Source: an uncultured Clostridia bacterium
GTDB taxonomy: Bacteria; Bacillota; Clostridia; Christensenellales; CAG-138
Direction of reading: 5' to 3'
Length of the DNA: 64,000 bases
NCBI GenBank assembly: GCA_944336475.1
Contig: CALVLD010000004.1
Coordinates: 24,601-88,600, forward strand
Part shown: in pieces, positions 55,118 through 64,000 of the stretch
Layout of the letters: each line of letters opens with the position of its first letter
Position numbering within the stretch: position 1 is the first letter of the stretch
Made by a program: the position numbers and the translations under genes
Notes under the pieces: generated by a model
Database searches by the model: none
The model's input: the letters and a program-made list of their open reading frames with translations, nothing else
Told to the model about the DNA's origin: nothing

Positions 55118-55316
55118 ACGATGATGTAAAGTAGTCGCTGCGCCTTCACGAGGAGCGGCATGGCAAGATCGAGGTGATTGCAACAGATCCGGTCGGCAAT
55201 GGTGAGGAGTTGCGTGCCGACCATACATTTCCAAGGCTTTTGATCCACGGGCAGGCAAGGTCGCTGCAAAGGCGGTTGCAGATACCGCAATAGCGGGCGG
55301 TGTATCAAGAGTGTAA
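55114..55316 (+). pseudogene. Remnant of an NAD(P)-malic enzyme gene (in-frame stop, internal deletion of most of the gene, frame change)
   Basis: Frame 1 from the GTG at 55114, which overlaps the upstream stop as GTGA: VNDDVK*SLRLHEERHGKIEVIATDPVGNGEELRAD resembles a malic-enzyme N-terminus (..AL.LH....GK.E....V....DL..). Frame 3 from 55221: PYISKAFDPRAGKVAAKAVADTAIAGGVSRV** resembles a malic-enzyme C-terminus (IP.PFD.RV...VA.AV..AA...GVAR). About 200 nt remain where an intact gene needs about 1.2 kb or more. Confidence 0.7.
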
Positions 55317-55331
55317 TAACAAATATGCTGT

Positions 55332-55362
55332 GAGCGGAGCATTTCCAGCTCCGCTCATTTTC
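55332..55362 (+). terminator. Rho-independent terminator
   Basis: GAGCGGAGC-atttcca-GCTCCGCTC (9-bp stem) followed by ATTTTC. Confidence 0.75.
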
Positions 55363-55365
55363 AGC

Positions 55366-55394
55366 TTGAAACCCGATGCATTTGATTGTATAAT
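55366..55394 (+). promoter_or_regulatory. Sigma-A promoter for tkt
   Basis: TTGAAA (55366-55371), 17-nt spacer, TATAAT (55389-55394). Confidence 0.65.
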
Positions 55395-55435
55395 GGAATG
55401 CCGTACACCGATAATAAACTGCAAGGAGGCGTCCC

Positions 55436-57412
55436 ATGGAACTTATTGACAAACTTGCCGTTACCTCGATGCGTATGCTTACCGTCGATGCAATACAAAA
55501 GGCAAAGAGCGGCCACCCCGGCCTTGCCATTGATGCTGCTCCCATGGCGTATTCCCTTTGGAAGCAGATGAGGCATGATCCCAAACGTCCAGATTGGCTC
55601 GGCCGAGACAGATTCGTTCTGAGCGCCGGACATGCCTCAATGCTGTTGTATTCCCTCATGCACATATTCGGTTACGATGTGTCCATAGCGGATATAGCCC
55701 AATTTCGTCAGCTCCGCAGCAAGACGGCTGGACACCCCGAATTTGGCCACATTCCAGGAATAGAGGCAACTACCGGCCCGTTGGGTCAGGGGTTTGCGAT
55801 GGCTGTGGGCATGGCGATGGCTGAAAGGCATATGGCGAGCGTTTTCAATCGTGATGGCTATCCCGTCATCGATAACTATACCTATACCATAATGGGCGAC
55901 GGTTGCATGATGGAGGGCGTAGTTAGCGAAGCTGCCTCCCTGGCGGGCACGCTTAAGCTCAACAAGCTAATTGCTCTATATGACAGCAACCGCATCACTA
56001 TCGAGGGGAGTACGGATGTAACCTTTACGGAGAATGTTGCTGCTCGTTTTGCTGCATACGGCTGGCAGGTGATAACCGTTGAAAACGGTGAAAGCATGGA
56101 TGCCGTTACCGCCGCACTCATTGCCGCAAAGCAGGAGAAAAATAGACCCTCGCTCATAATAGTTCATACCAATATTGCTCAGGGTACTCCAAAGGAGGGC
56201 AGTGCTTCTTCGCATGGTGCGCCTTTGGGAGAGGACAATATTCGAATCTACAAGGAATCCCTCGGTTGGAGCTATGCCCCTTTCACCGTTCCAGGCGAGG
56301 TATACGATCATATGGCCAAATTGCAGAGGAAGTATTTGGCCGTAAGCGCTGAGTACGATGGTATGCTTGATTCATACAGATCAGCTTATCCTGAACTGTA
56401 CACACAACTTCAGTGTTGGATCTCGGGCAAACTCCCGGAGGGCATCGAGGATGATACCGAGCTTTGGAGCTATGATGAAAAGCCGCTTGCCACCAGAAAG
56501 ACATCAGAGATAATGCTTGGGCGTTTGAGCGAAAGGCTTCCCAATCTTGTCGGCGGATCTGCAGATCTTGCTCCGTCAAACCTTACATACCTAAAGGACA
56601 AGGGGGATTTTTCCTCAGATAATTACGGCGGTAGGAATATTCACTTCGGCATCCGCGAATTTGCGATGGCGGCTATAGCAAACGGTATGTCGCTTTACGG
56701 CGGTCTCCGTCCGTATTGCGCAACGTTCCTGGTATTTGCCGACTATCTGAAGCCTGCTGCTCGCCTGTCTGCGTTGATGAACCGAAACGTACTCTATATA
56801 CTCACACATGACAGCATCGGCGTGGGCGAGGACGGACCTACTCATCAACCCATTGAGCAGCTGGATATGCTGCGTGCCACACCAAATACATATGTTTTTC
56901 GTCCTGCCGATGGTCGTGAGACAACTGCCGCATATTTATCTGCGCTTAAGCTGAATGCACCGGCGATAATGGCTCTGTCCCGTCAGAATCTACCCCAGCT
57001 TGAGGGCACCGGAAGGGATGCCATGCGAGGCGGCTATGTCCTGCGTGACACCTGTATGAAGCCGGATGTTATACTCATGGGCTGCGGCTCTGAAGTGAGT
57101 CTGCTGTTGAAGGCCGCAGATATTCTCTCGGTACAAGGGATACTTGTCAAGATCGTTTCAATGCCCTGCATGGAGCTTTTCGATGAGCAGCCGGAGGAGT
57201 ACCGCAACACAGTGTTGCCGCCCGATGTGCGAAACCGCATTGCCTGCGAGGCCCTTGGCGGCAAGTCTTGGTATAAGTACTTGGGCCTTGACGGAAGGCT
57301 TGTTTCCATGAACAGCTTTGGAACATCTGCCCCTGCAGGCAAGGTATTCGAGGCATTTGGCATCACGGCAGAGAGCATTGCCGCCGCCGCTCTGAAGATA
57401 GTAAACGTATAA
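55436..57412 (+). CDS. tkt: Transketolase
   Basis: [17 protein letters not shown], the ThDP motif GDGCMMEG and [16 protein letters not shown]. Confidence 0.97.
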   Translation: MELIDKLAVTSMRMLTVDAIQKAKSGHPGLAIDAAPMAYSLWKQMRHDPKRPDWLGRDRFVLSAGHASMLLYSLMHIFGYDVSIADIAQFRQLRSKTAGHPEFGHIPGIEATTGPLGQGFAMAVGMAMAERHMASVFNRDGYPVIDNYTYTIMGDGCMMEGVVSEAASLAGTLKLNKLIALYDSNRITIEGSTDVTFTENVAARFAAYGWQVITVENGESMDAVTAALIAAKQEKNRPSLIIVHTNIAQGTPKEGSASSHGAPLGEDNIRIYKESLGWSYAPFTVPGEVYDHMAKLQRKYLAVSAEYDGMLDSYRSAYPELYTQLQCWISGKLPEGIEDDTELWSYDEKPLATRKTSEIMLGRLSERLPNLVGGSADLAPSNLTYLKDKGDFSSDNYGGRNIHFGIREFAMAAIANGMSLYGGLRPYCATFLVFADYLKPAARLSALMNRNVLYILTHDSIGVGEDGPTHQPIEQLDMLRATPNTYVFRPADGRETTAAYLSALKLNAPAIMALSRQNLPQLEGTGRDAMRGGYVLRDTCMKPDVILMGCGSEVSLLLKAADILSVQGILVKIVSMPCMELFDEQPEEYRNTVLPPDVRNRIACEALGGKSWYKYLGLDGRLVSMNSFGTSAPAGKVFEAFGITAESIAAAALKIVNV

Positions 57413-57422
57413 TGGAGTGTAT

Positions 57423-59225
57423 ATGTCGTTTCCACGGGAGTTAATACGAAATTTTTGCATAATTGCCCATATCGATCACGGGAAGTCCACCCTTGCAGAC
57501 AGGCTGATGCAGCTTACCGATACGGTTGCCGAAAGGGAGCTTGAGGCGCAGATGCTCGATTCCATGGATATAGAGCGTGAGCGCGGCATAACCATCAAGT
57601 CAGCAGCCGTCCGGATGTTTTACCGTCATGCCGATGGAAAAACATATATGCTCAATCTAATCGACACCCCAGGCCATGTTGACTTTACCTATGAGGTCAG
57701 TCGTGCGCTTGCTGCGTGCGAGGGCGCTGTTCTGGTCGTTGACGCCACCCAGGGCATCGAGGCGCAGACGCTCGCAAATGTCTATCTTGCCCTCGATAAC
57801 GATCTGGAGATAATACCCGTTATCAACAAGGTAGATTTGGCGTCTGCCGATGCTGACAATGCCATACATGAGATTGAGGATATTATTGGCCTCCCTGCCG
57901 AGGATGCACCTCGCATCTCGGCCAAGACGGGGCTAAATGTTGATGAGGTGCTTGCCCGCATCGTGTCGGATGTACCTGCGCCAGCCGGAGACCCGGATGC
58001 TCCGCTCAAGGCGCTCATATTTGACAGCATCTATGACAATTACAAGGGCGCCCTCAGCTATGTCAGGGTCGTTGATGGCGCTGTACGCCCAGGTGACAGG
58101 ATACGCTTTATGCACAGCGGAAATGAGTTTGATGTGACGGAGGTAGGCGTGTTTAATCCCCGTTGGCAGCCGGTGGAAGAGCTTACTGCGGGCGAGGTCG
58201 GCTATATTTCCGCATCAATTAAGTCGGTTGCCGAAACCAAGGTCGGTGACACGATAACTCTTGCCAACGATCCTGCATCGGAGCCGCTGCACGGCTATAA
58301 GCAGGCAAACCCAATGGTATTCTGCGGCATATATCCGGCGGACGGAGCAGATTATGAAGCCTTGAAAGAGGCCTTGGACAAGCTTATATTGAACGATGCA
58401 TCCATCAGCTATGAGCCGGAGACATCTCAGGCTCTTGGATACGGCTTCCGCTGCGGATTCCTCGGCCTGCTTCATATGGAGATAGCGGAGGAGAGGCTTG
58501 AGCGTGAATTCGACCTCGATCTTGTGACTACGGCCCCTTCGGTAATCTACCGTGTTGTGATGAACGACGGCGAGGTAAGGATGATTGACAATCCCTCCAA
58601 CCTGCCGTCTCCCATGGAGATATCCAAGATGGAGGAACCAATGGTCACCGCTCATATAATGACCCCTCCAGAATATGTCGGTGCGATAATGGAGCTTTGC
58701 CAGGATAAGCGAGGCATATTCGAAAACATGGCATACCTTGAGGAGACCAGGGTGAAGCTGACGTATAGAATGCCGCTGAACGAGATAATATTCGATTTCT
58801 TTGACGGTCTAAAGAGTAGGAGTCGTGGCTACGCCTCATTCGACTATGAGCTTGGCGAGTATGAGGAATCCGATCTGGTCAAGCTGGATTTTCTGCTCAA
58901 CGGGGACATCTGTGATGCGCTCTCCACCATCGTTCACCGGGATAAGGCTTACGGCAAGGGTCGCGCCGTTGCGGAAAAGTTGAAGGAGGTTATTCCCCGT
59001 CAACAGTTTGAAATACCCATACAGGCAGCCATAGGCGGCAAGATAATCGCCCGAGAAACCGTGAGAGCTCTCCGAAAGGACGTCCTTGCAAAGTGCTATG
59101 GCGGCGACATCACGCGCAAAAAGAAGCTCCTTGAAAAGCAGAAGGAGGGCAAAAAGCGCATGCGTCAGGTAGGCACCGTCGCTGTACCGAGCGACGCTTT
59201 CATGAGTGTGCTTCGCATCAACTGA
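57423..59225 (+). CDS. lepA: Translation elongation factor 4 (LepA)
   Basis: [32 protein letters not shown] and the LepA-specific C-terminal domain. GGAG lies 5 nt upstream of the ATG at 57423. Confidence 0.97.
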   Translation: MSFPRELIRNFCIIAHIDHGKSTLADRLMQLTDTVAERELEAQMLDSMDIERERGITIKSAAVRMFYRHADGKTYMLNLIDTPGHVDFTYEVSRALAACEGAVLVVDATQGIEAQTLANVYLALDNDLEIIPVINKVDLASADADNAIHEIEDIIGLPAEDAPRISAKTGLNVDEVLARIVSDVPAPAGDPDAPLKALIFDSIYDNYKGALSYVRVVDGAVRPGDRIRFMHSGNEFDVTEVGVFNPRWQPVEELTAGEVGYISASIKSVAETKVGDTITLANDPASEPLHGYKQANPMVFCGIYPADGADYEALKEALDKLILNDASISYEPETSQALGYGFRCGFLGLLHMEIAEERLEREFDLDLVTTAPSVIYRVVMNDGEVRMIDNPSNLPSPMEISKMEEPMVTAHIMTPPEYVGAIMELCQDKRGIFENMAYLEETRVKLTYRMPLNEIIFDFFDGLKSRSRGYASFDYELGEYEESDLVKLDFLLNGDICDALSTIVHRDKAYGKGRAVAEKLKEVIPRQQFEIPIQAAIGGKIIARETVRALRKDVLAKCYGGDITRKKKLLEKQKEGKKRMRQVGTVAVPSDAFMSVLRIN

Positions 59226-59226
59226 T

Positions 59227-60369
59227 ATGGCAGGCTTATATCTGCATATTCCATTCTGCAGGAGAAAATGCTCCTATTGTGATTTTGTCAGCTTTGCGGA
59301 TATGTCGAAGGCAGACATGTATTTTGTTGCACTGATTTCTGAGATCCGCAGGTATGAGCAGCTAATGAGTGAGCGCTCTTTTAACACCGTGTTTATCGGT
59401 GGAGGAACGCCTTCGGTGCTTGATGCCGACAAGCTCGCCTTTATCGTCTCAGAGCTCATAAAGCGTTTTTCGGTCGCAAATGATGCCGAGATCACCGTTG
59501 AGGTTAATCCTGAGTCCATTACGCCGGACAAGCTCTTATCGATGAGATGCGCAGGCGTGAATCGCATTTCTATCGGATTGCAGAGCGCAGACGATGCTGT
59601 GCTGGGTTCAATAGGCAGGGCGCATGACAGAGAAACCTTTCTCAACGCATTTGAGCTGGTAAGCAAATGCGGATTCAACAATATTAATGTCGATGTCATG
59701 CATGGTTTGCCGGGGCAGACCGCAGCATCATACATCGATACGCTTGAGCTTGTAAGCTCTCTTGGCGCACGGCACATATCCTCCTATGCGCTTATACTCG
59801 AGGAAGGCACGCCGCTGTACGACGCCGTAAGGTGCGGAGATATCGAGCTTCCTGATGAGGATGCAACTGCCGATATGGAGGATATGGGGTTCGAGTTTCT
59901 TGCATCACACGGCTATAGGCGATATGAGGTGAGCAACTTTGCTGTACCCGGTTATGAGTGCAAGCATAATCTTAACTACTGGCACAACGGTGAGTATCTG
60001 GGGCTGGGGCTAAACTCACATTCCGCAATGCGGATAGGAGGCAAATGGGCAAGATGGGAGAATGCATCGGCGCTTGATGAATACATAGCGGATGTTTCCT
60101 CCAGCAGGCTACCTGTCCGCAACATGCGTGATATCGAGCCTGATGAAGAACTTTTCGAAACCGTCATGCTCGGTCTCAGGATGGCTGAGGGTGTAGATCG
60201 AGCCGAATTTGAAAAACGACACGGCACAGATATAGTTACAAGATATGCTCCAATCATAGTCGAGCTTGAGCTCGATGGTATGATCGTTGCCGACGAAACT
60301 CATGTTCGTCTTACGGAACGTGGCATGGATTTTCAAAACGAAGTGCTCGTTAAATTCCTTGATCAATGA
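59227..60369 (+). CDS. hemW: Radical SAM heme chaperone HemW (HemN-like)
   Basis: LYLHIPFCRRKCSYCDF (CxxxCxxC) and a HemN C-terminal domain. The lepA-hemW adjacency is conserved. Confidence 0.92.
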   Translation: MAGLYLHIPFCRRKCSYCDFVSFADMSKADMYFVALISEIRRYEQLMSERSFNTVFIGGGTPSVLDADKLAFIVSELIKRFSVANDAEITVEVNPESITPDKLLSMRCAGVNRISIGLQSADDAVLGSIGRAHDRETFLNAFELVSKCGFNNINVDVMHGLPGQTAASYIDTLELVSSLGARHISSYALILEEGTPLYDAVRCGDIELPDEDATADMEDMGFEFLASHGYRRYEVSNFAVPGYECKHNLNYWHNGEYLGLGLNSHSAMRIGGKWARWENASALDEYIADVSSSRLPVRNMRDIEPDEELFETVMLGLRMAEGVDRAEFEKRHGTDIVTRYAPIIVELELDGMIVADETHVRLTERGMDFQNEVLVKFLDQ

Positions 60370-60398
60370 TATGTTTCTATTTGAAGGGACGGCATAAT

Positions 60399-61061
60399 AT
60401 GATTAACAACAAAACAGAGCCAAGGTTAGGCGTTATTTTCGATTTAGACGGTACCCTTTGGAACTCAACAGCCCAAGTCAAAATAGCTTGGAATGACGTG
60501 TTCCGCAGACGTGGAGTACCGTTTGAGCTGACTTCCGAGAACATGAAGGTGATGATGGGCAAAACGATCTCCGAAATCGGTGAAGCTCTCCTCGGCGATA
60601 TGCCCGTTGAAGAACGTGCGCCGCTGCTGCGTGAATGCTGTGCAGAGGAGAACAGTCGTCTGTGTCGATACGGCGGCAAGCTCTTTCCAAATGCTTTTGA
60701 GGTGCTTGAAATGCTGAGCTCGACGTACCATGTTTCCATTGTCAGCAATTGTGAAAAAGGTTATATCGAGTCCTTCCTGGAGTATCATAAAACCGCCCGT
60801 TTTATATCCGACAGGGAGTGCATAGGCAATACGGGTCTTGATAAGGGGCAAAATATCAAACTTGTTATGGAGCGCAATGGGCTTCTATCCGCCATATATG
60901 TTGGTGACACAAAGCGCGATATGCTTTCTGCCGAATATGCAGGCATACCGTTTATTCGCGCCGGATATGGATTTGGCGGCGAGTTTGTCTCGGCAAATTC
61001 GATCAACGATCTGGGCGAATTGCCTGCGCTGGTAATGCACCTGTTCGCAGAGGTGAAATGA
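60399..61061 (+). CDS. HAD-superfamily hydrolase (phosphoglycolate phosphatase-like)
   Basis: Motif I VIFDLDGTLWNS, motif II SIVSN and motif IV YVGDTKRDM. The start is taken at ATG 60399. Confidence 0.85.
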   Translation: MINNKTEPRLGVIFDLDGTLWNSTAQVKIAWNDVFRRRGVPFELTSENMKVMMGKTISEIGEALLGDMPVEERAPLLRECCAEENSRLCRYGGKLFPNAFEVLEMLSSTYHVSIVSNCEKGYIESFLEYHKTARFISDRECIGNTGLDKGQNIKLVMERNGLLSAIYVGDTKRDMLSAEYAGIPFIRAGYGFGGEFVSANSINDLGELPALVMHLFAEVK

Positions 61062-61261
61062 TGCGTTGCAGTTGCCGAAAATGTGGAACCTACATGGTGC
61101 AGGCAGAGGACGGCAAACTTGGTTGCGTGTGTCCTGAATGCTTTGAGCGCTGCACGGATTGCCTTGGCACGGACACTGTTATTTCAAAGGATGCTATTGA
61201 GGCAATGAAAAAGAACCCCGTGTTAGCGTCAATGTTTATGAGAGGTCGTCGTGATGACTGA
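61058..61261 (+). CDS. Small Cys-rich (8 Cys) putative zinc-ribbon protein
   Basis: 67 aa, MMRCSCRKCGTYMV...LGCVCPECFERCTDCLG. The Cys pattern is CxCxxC-x13-CxCxxC-x3-CxxC. The ATG overlaps the HAD stop (ATGA), suggesting translational coupling. I did not recognise a family. Confidence 0.55.
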   Translation: MMRCSCRKCGTYMVQAEDGKLGCVCPECFERCTDCLGTDTVISKDAIEAMKKNPVLASMFMRGRRDD

Positions 61262-61354
61262 TGGGTCATTCGACGGACTGTTTGAATTAGACTGTCATTA
61301 ACCTGATAACCCAGAATAGAATATGATAGTGCTAAAAATCTTGGGGGCTATCAT

Positions 61355-61972
61355 ATGACCATAAACTCAAACCGCATCACGCTTGTTGGACAGATATCCT
61401 CAGCTCCGGTGTACGACCACACTTTATACGGAGAGGCTTTTTACAAGGCATCTATCGAAGTGGCAAGGCTAAGCGGCACGATAGATACATTACCTTTGAC
61501 CATATCTGAAAGGCTGTCAGGCAGTGCGCTGAATATTGGTGATAGGGTCTGCATTCATGGTCAAACTCGTTCTTACAACCTGCGTGAGGATGATACGAAT
61601 CGGCTGGTGATAACCGTCTTTGTCAGCAACTTTGAAGCTGCCGATAATGCACAGAGCGACCTTAATGAGATAGAGATAGCGGGAAATATCTGCAAACCAG
61701 TAGTCTATAGAATGACGCCATTTTCAAGGGAAATCTCGGATATCTTGATTGCGGTAAACCGCAGATACGGCAAATCTGATTATCTCCCGTGCATAGCATG
61801 GGGACGCAATGCAAGGTTTGCAAGCAGCCTTAGTGTGGGCGCACCGGTTTCAATAGAAGGGCGCCTCCAATCTCGCATATATCAAAAAAAGCTGTCCGAT
61901 GACTCGATAGAACACAGGACAGCATATGAGATCAGCATATCAACCATTAAGGAGTGGGGGAGAGAGGACTAA
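61355..61972 (+). CDS. Protein with two tandem SSB-like OB-fold repeats, no acidic SSB tail
   Basis: 205 aa. Residues 6-95 and 105-200 align to each other (N.I.L.G.I....VY......E......V.R..G..D.LP...........L..G..V.I.G...S). The fold assignment is based on pattern only. Confidence 0.65.
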   Translation: MTINSNRITLVGQISSAPVYDHTLYGEAFYKASIEVARLSGTIDTLPLTISERLSGSALNIGDRVCIHGQTRSYNLREDDTNRLVITVFVSNFEAADNAQSDLNEIEIAGNICKPVVYRMTPFSREISDILIAVNRRYGKSDYLPCIAWGRNARFASSLSVGAPVSIEGRLQSRIYQKKLSDDSIEHRTAYEISISTIKEWGRED

Positions 61973-63930
61973 TTTACGCCCTCAACATTCGCCCTTTTAA
62001 CAAAGCTGTCCTCCTTATTGAAATTTGCATACTCGCTGATGTATTCCTTGCGAGGCGCAACCTTATCACCCATAAGCAATGTTACCAGATGTTCGACATC
62101 GGCAACATCCTCAAGGTTTACCCTAACTAGAGTCCGCTTCACAGGATTCATTGTGGTTTCCCAGAGCTGCTCCGGGTTCATTTCACCTAAGCCCTTGTAT
62201 CGCTGGAGCGTATAGCCTCGCATGCCCTTTATCACCTTGGCCAGCTCAGCATCGTCATATACATATATCTGTTCGCTGCCCTTCTGCACCTTATACAGGG
62301 GCGGCTGTCCTATGTATACATGTCCGTCCATAATGAGTTGCTTTGTGTAGCGGTAAAAGAACGTCAAAAGCAAAGCTCGAATATGTGCGCCATCCTGGTC
62401 AGCGTCTGACAGTATGATGACCTTGTCATACTTGAGGTTGGCGATATTGAAATCCTCGCCGATTCCGGTGCCTAACGCAGTGATGATGCTTCTTAGCTCG
62501 TCATTCTCAAGCACCTGCTCAAGTCGCTTTTTCTCAACATTAAGAGGCTTGCCGCGGAGTGGAAGTATGGCTTGAAACCGCCTGTCACGTCCCTGCTTAG
62601 CGCTTCCGCCGGCCGAGTCCCCCTCAACAATGAACAGCTCGTTCTTCGCAGGGTCTTTGCCCGTACAGCTTGAAAGCTTGCCGACAAGCGGGGCGTTTTC
62701 CAGCTTGGACTTCTCACGAGCCATTGACTTTGCCTTTCTTGCAGCCTCACGCGCCTTTGCAGCCTTTAACGCCTTATCGGCTATCATGGCAGAAATTTCG
62801 GCATTTTTCAGATCCTCAAGTATTGGCGGCAGTGCATCAATAACGACCGCCTCCACCGCAGGACGGGCCTCCGTGTTGCCCAGACGTGTCTTAGTTTGAC
62901 CCTCAAACTGAATGGAGCGCATTTTAAGCGATATTATCGCAGTTAGCCCCTCACGAAAGTCTTCTCCGGATAGAGACGCATCCTTGTCCTTGAGAACACC
63001 TATCCTGCGGCAGTAGTCATTCATCACCCTTGTGAGCGCAGCACGGAAACCCGTTTCGTGAGTACCACCCTCGGTCGTCGGGATGTTATTGACATATGAA
63101 AAAATGTTTTCGGAATAACCATCGCTGTGCTGCATAGCAATCTCAACGATTATGTCGTCCTTCCTGCCAGATATATATATCGGCTCGGCGTAAAGCGGAG
63201 TCTTGTCGACGTTAAGATATTTTACAAAGTCGCAGATGCCACCGTCGAAGCAGTATTCCTTCTCAACACGATTGCTGCGTTCTCGGTTATCGATGAGCCT
63301 GAACCTTACTCCTTTATTGAGGTAAGCAAGCTCTCTAAATCTTTTGGAAATGAGCTCAAAGTTCATATCAACCGTTTCAAACACTCGTCTGTCCGGGAGG
63401 AAAGTGACCTTCGTCCCCTGTCTGCGTGTCCTGCCAAGCTCCTCAAGGGGTGCGTCTGGCACGCCGGAGTGCATATTCCCATCGCTGCCCTCAAAGCTGT
63501 GAAAAGACATTGCATAGAGCTTGCCCCCCGTTGCAACCTCTACCTTAACGTATTCTGAAAGCGCATTAACAACGGATGCGCCCACGCCATGAAGTCCCCC
63601 GGAAAAACCATAGCTCTCGTTACCGAATTTGCCTCCGGCGTGGAGCTGCGTAAAAACGACTTCAACGCCTGATACTCCGAGCTTTTCATGTATGCCGACA
63701 GGAATACCTCGTCCGTTGTCCTCGACGGTCACAGAGTTGTCCCGTTCAAGAGTTACCGTAATGCAATCGGCAAAACCGTTGGCAGCCTCATCAACAGAGT
63801 TGTCCACTATTTCCCAGAGCATATGATGCAGGCCACGGCTGCCCGTGCTCCCTATATACATACCTGGACGCACTCGAACGGCTTCGAGCCCCTCCATAAC
63901 CTTGATATCACTGACTGTATAGTCGTGCAT
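61969..63930 (-). CDS. parE: Type IIA topoisomerase subunit B (ParE/GyrB family)
   Basis: GLEAVRVRPGMYIGS, GHKL ATPase motifs EIVDNSVDE and DNGRGIP, TOPRIM EGDSAGGS, and PLRGK. The ATG at 63930 has AAGGA 7 nt upstream; the track's TTG at 63948 is also possible. Confidence 0.86.
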   Translation of the reverse strand: MHDYTVSDIKVMEGLEAVRVRPGMYIGSTGSRGLHHMLWEIVDNSVDEAANGFADCITVTLERDNSVTVEDNGRGIPVGIHEKLGVSGVEVVFTQLHAGGKFGNESYGFSGGLHGVGASVVNALSEYVKVEVATGGKLYAMSFHSFEGSDGNMHSGVPDAPLEELGRTRRQGTKVTFLPDRRVFETVDMNFELISKRFRELAYLNKGVRFRLIDNRERSNRVEKEYCFDGGICDFVKYLNVDKTPLYAEPIYISGRKDDIIVEIAMQHSDGYSENIFSYVNNIPTTEGGTHETGFRAALTRVMNDYCRRIGVLKDKDASLSGEDFREGLTAIISLKMRSIQFEGQTKTRLGNTEARPAVEAVVIDALPPILEDLKNAEISAMIADKALKAAKAREAARKAKSMAREKSKLENAPLVGKLSSCTGKDPAKNELFIVEGDSAGGSAKQGRDRRFQAILPLRGKPLNVEKKRLEQVLENDELRSIITALGTGIGEDFNIANLKYDKVIILSDADQDGAHIRALLLTFFYRYTKQLIMDGHVYIGQPPLYKVQKGSEQIYVYDDAELAKVIKGMRGYTLQRYKGLGEMNPEQLWETTMNPVKRTLVRVNLEDVADVEHLVTLLMGDKVAPRKEYISEYANFNKEDSFVKRANVEGVN

Positions 63931-63970
63931 ATGATTGTCCTTCCGCAATGCTGCTTATTATTCAGCACGC

Positions 63971-63999
63971 ATTATATAGTAAAAAGCTGGATTCGGCAA
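63971..63999 (-). promoter_or_regulatory. Candidate sigma-A promoter for parE
   Basis: Minus strand: TTGCCG, 17-nt spacer, TATAAT, at the window edge. Confidence 0.5.
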
Positions 64000-64000
64000 T

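Noticed and set aside
54850-55665. 271-aa minus-strand ORF spanning the Ldh_2 3' end, the malic-enzyme scar, a terminator, the tkt promoter and the tkt 5' end.
   Set aside because: It crosses a plus-strand terminator and promoter, has no recognisable domains, and both flanks are explained by confident plus-strand genes.
1-64000. CRISPR arrays, transposases, integrases, prophage genes, restriction-modification or other known defence systems, toxin-antitoxin pairs and rRNA operons.
   Set aside because: None of the ORF translations or intergenic regions I read shows such signatures. The long intergenic regions (8712-8903, 30040-30223, 48027-48353, 52264-52457, 55118-55435) are explained by promoters, leaders, terminators or the pseudogene.

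Overview
This 64-kb chromosomal segment appears to come from an endospore-forming Firmicute. That assignment is an inference from spoVAD/spoVAE, a PASTA Ser/Thr kinase, SleB-type and VanW-type wall proteins, and Bacillus-like gene order; it looks Clostridia-like. I count about 58 protein genes, one tRNA-Ala(GGC) and one decayed gene. By eye I found no rRNA, CRISPR array, transposase, integrase, phage or recognisable defence genes. Most of the window is housekeeping, in these blocks: (1) rnc-acpP-plsX on the minus strand, divergent from ylxM-ffh-rpsP-KH-rimM-trmD-rplS-rbgA-rnhB-yraN. (2) yifB-dprA-topA-trmFO-hslVU. (3) A wall hydrolase, an NDP-sugar enzyme, trmL, eda, spoVAD/AE and VanW. (4) thrC-like, then def-fmt-rsmB-rlmN-PP2C-prkC-rsgA-rpe-parC. 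(5) mreC-mreD-pbp2. (6) glpK, an Ldh_2 oxidoreductase, tkt, lepA-hemW-HAD and parE. Several intergenic regions carry near-consensus sigma-A promoters (TTGACA-17-TATAAT class) and clear rho-independent terminators. The non-core parts are the places most likely to hold undescribed biology. First, at 8.9-14.4 kb there is an envelope glycosylation module in which two different GT-C glycosyltransferases each carry a paralogous N-terminal CBM-like ectodomain and share one GtrA-type flippase. Second, at 42.0-48.3 kb there is a GT4 / HX4D-acyltransferase / MacB-type ABC operon. Its 1096-aa permease carries a roughly 300-residue coiled-coil insertion, and the operon sits behind a perfect promoter with a leader of about 210 nt that contains an anti-SD element. 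Third, at 55.1-55.3 kb there is a collapsed malic-enzyme gene remnant. Fourth, at 61.0-62.0 kb there is a Cys-rich mini-protein and a tandem-OB protein. No clear-cut new defence or mobile system is visible, and every functional statement about the accessory modules is inference that needs testing.
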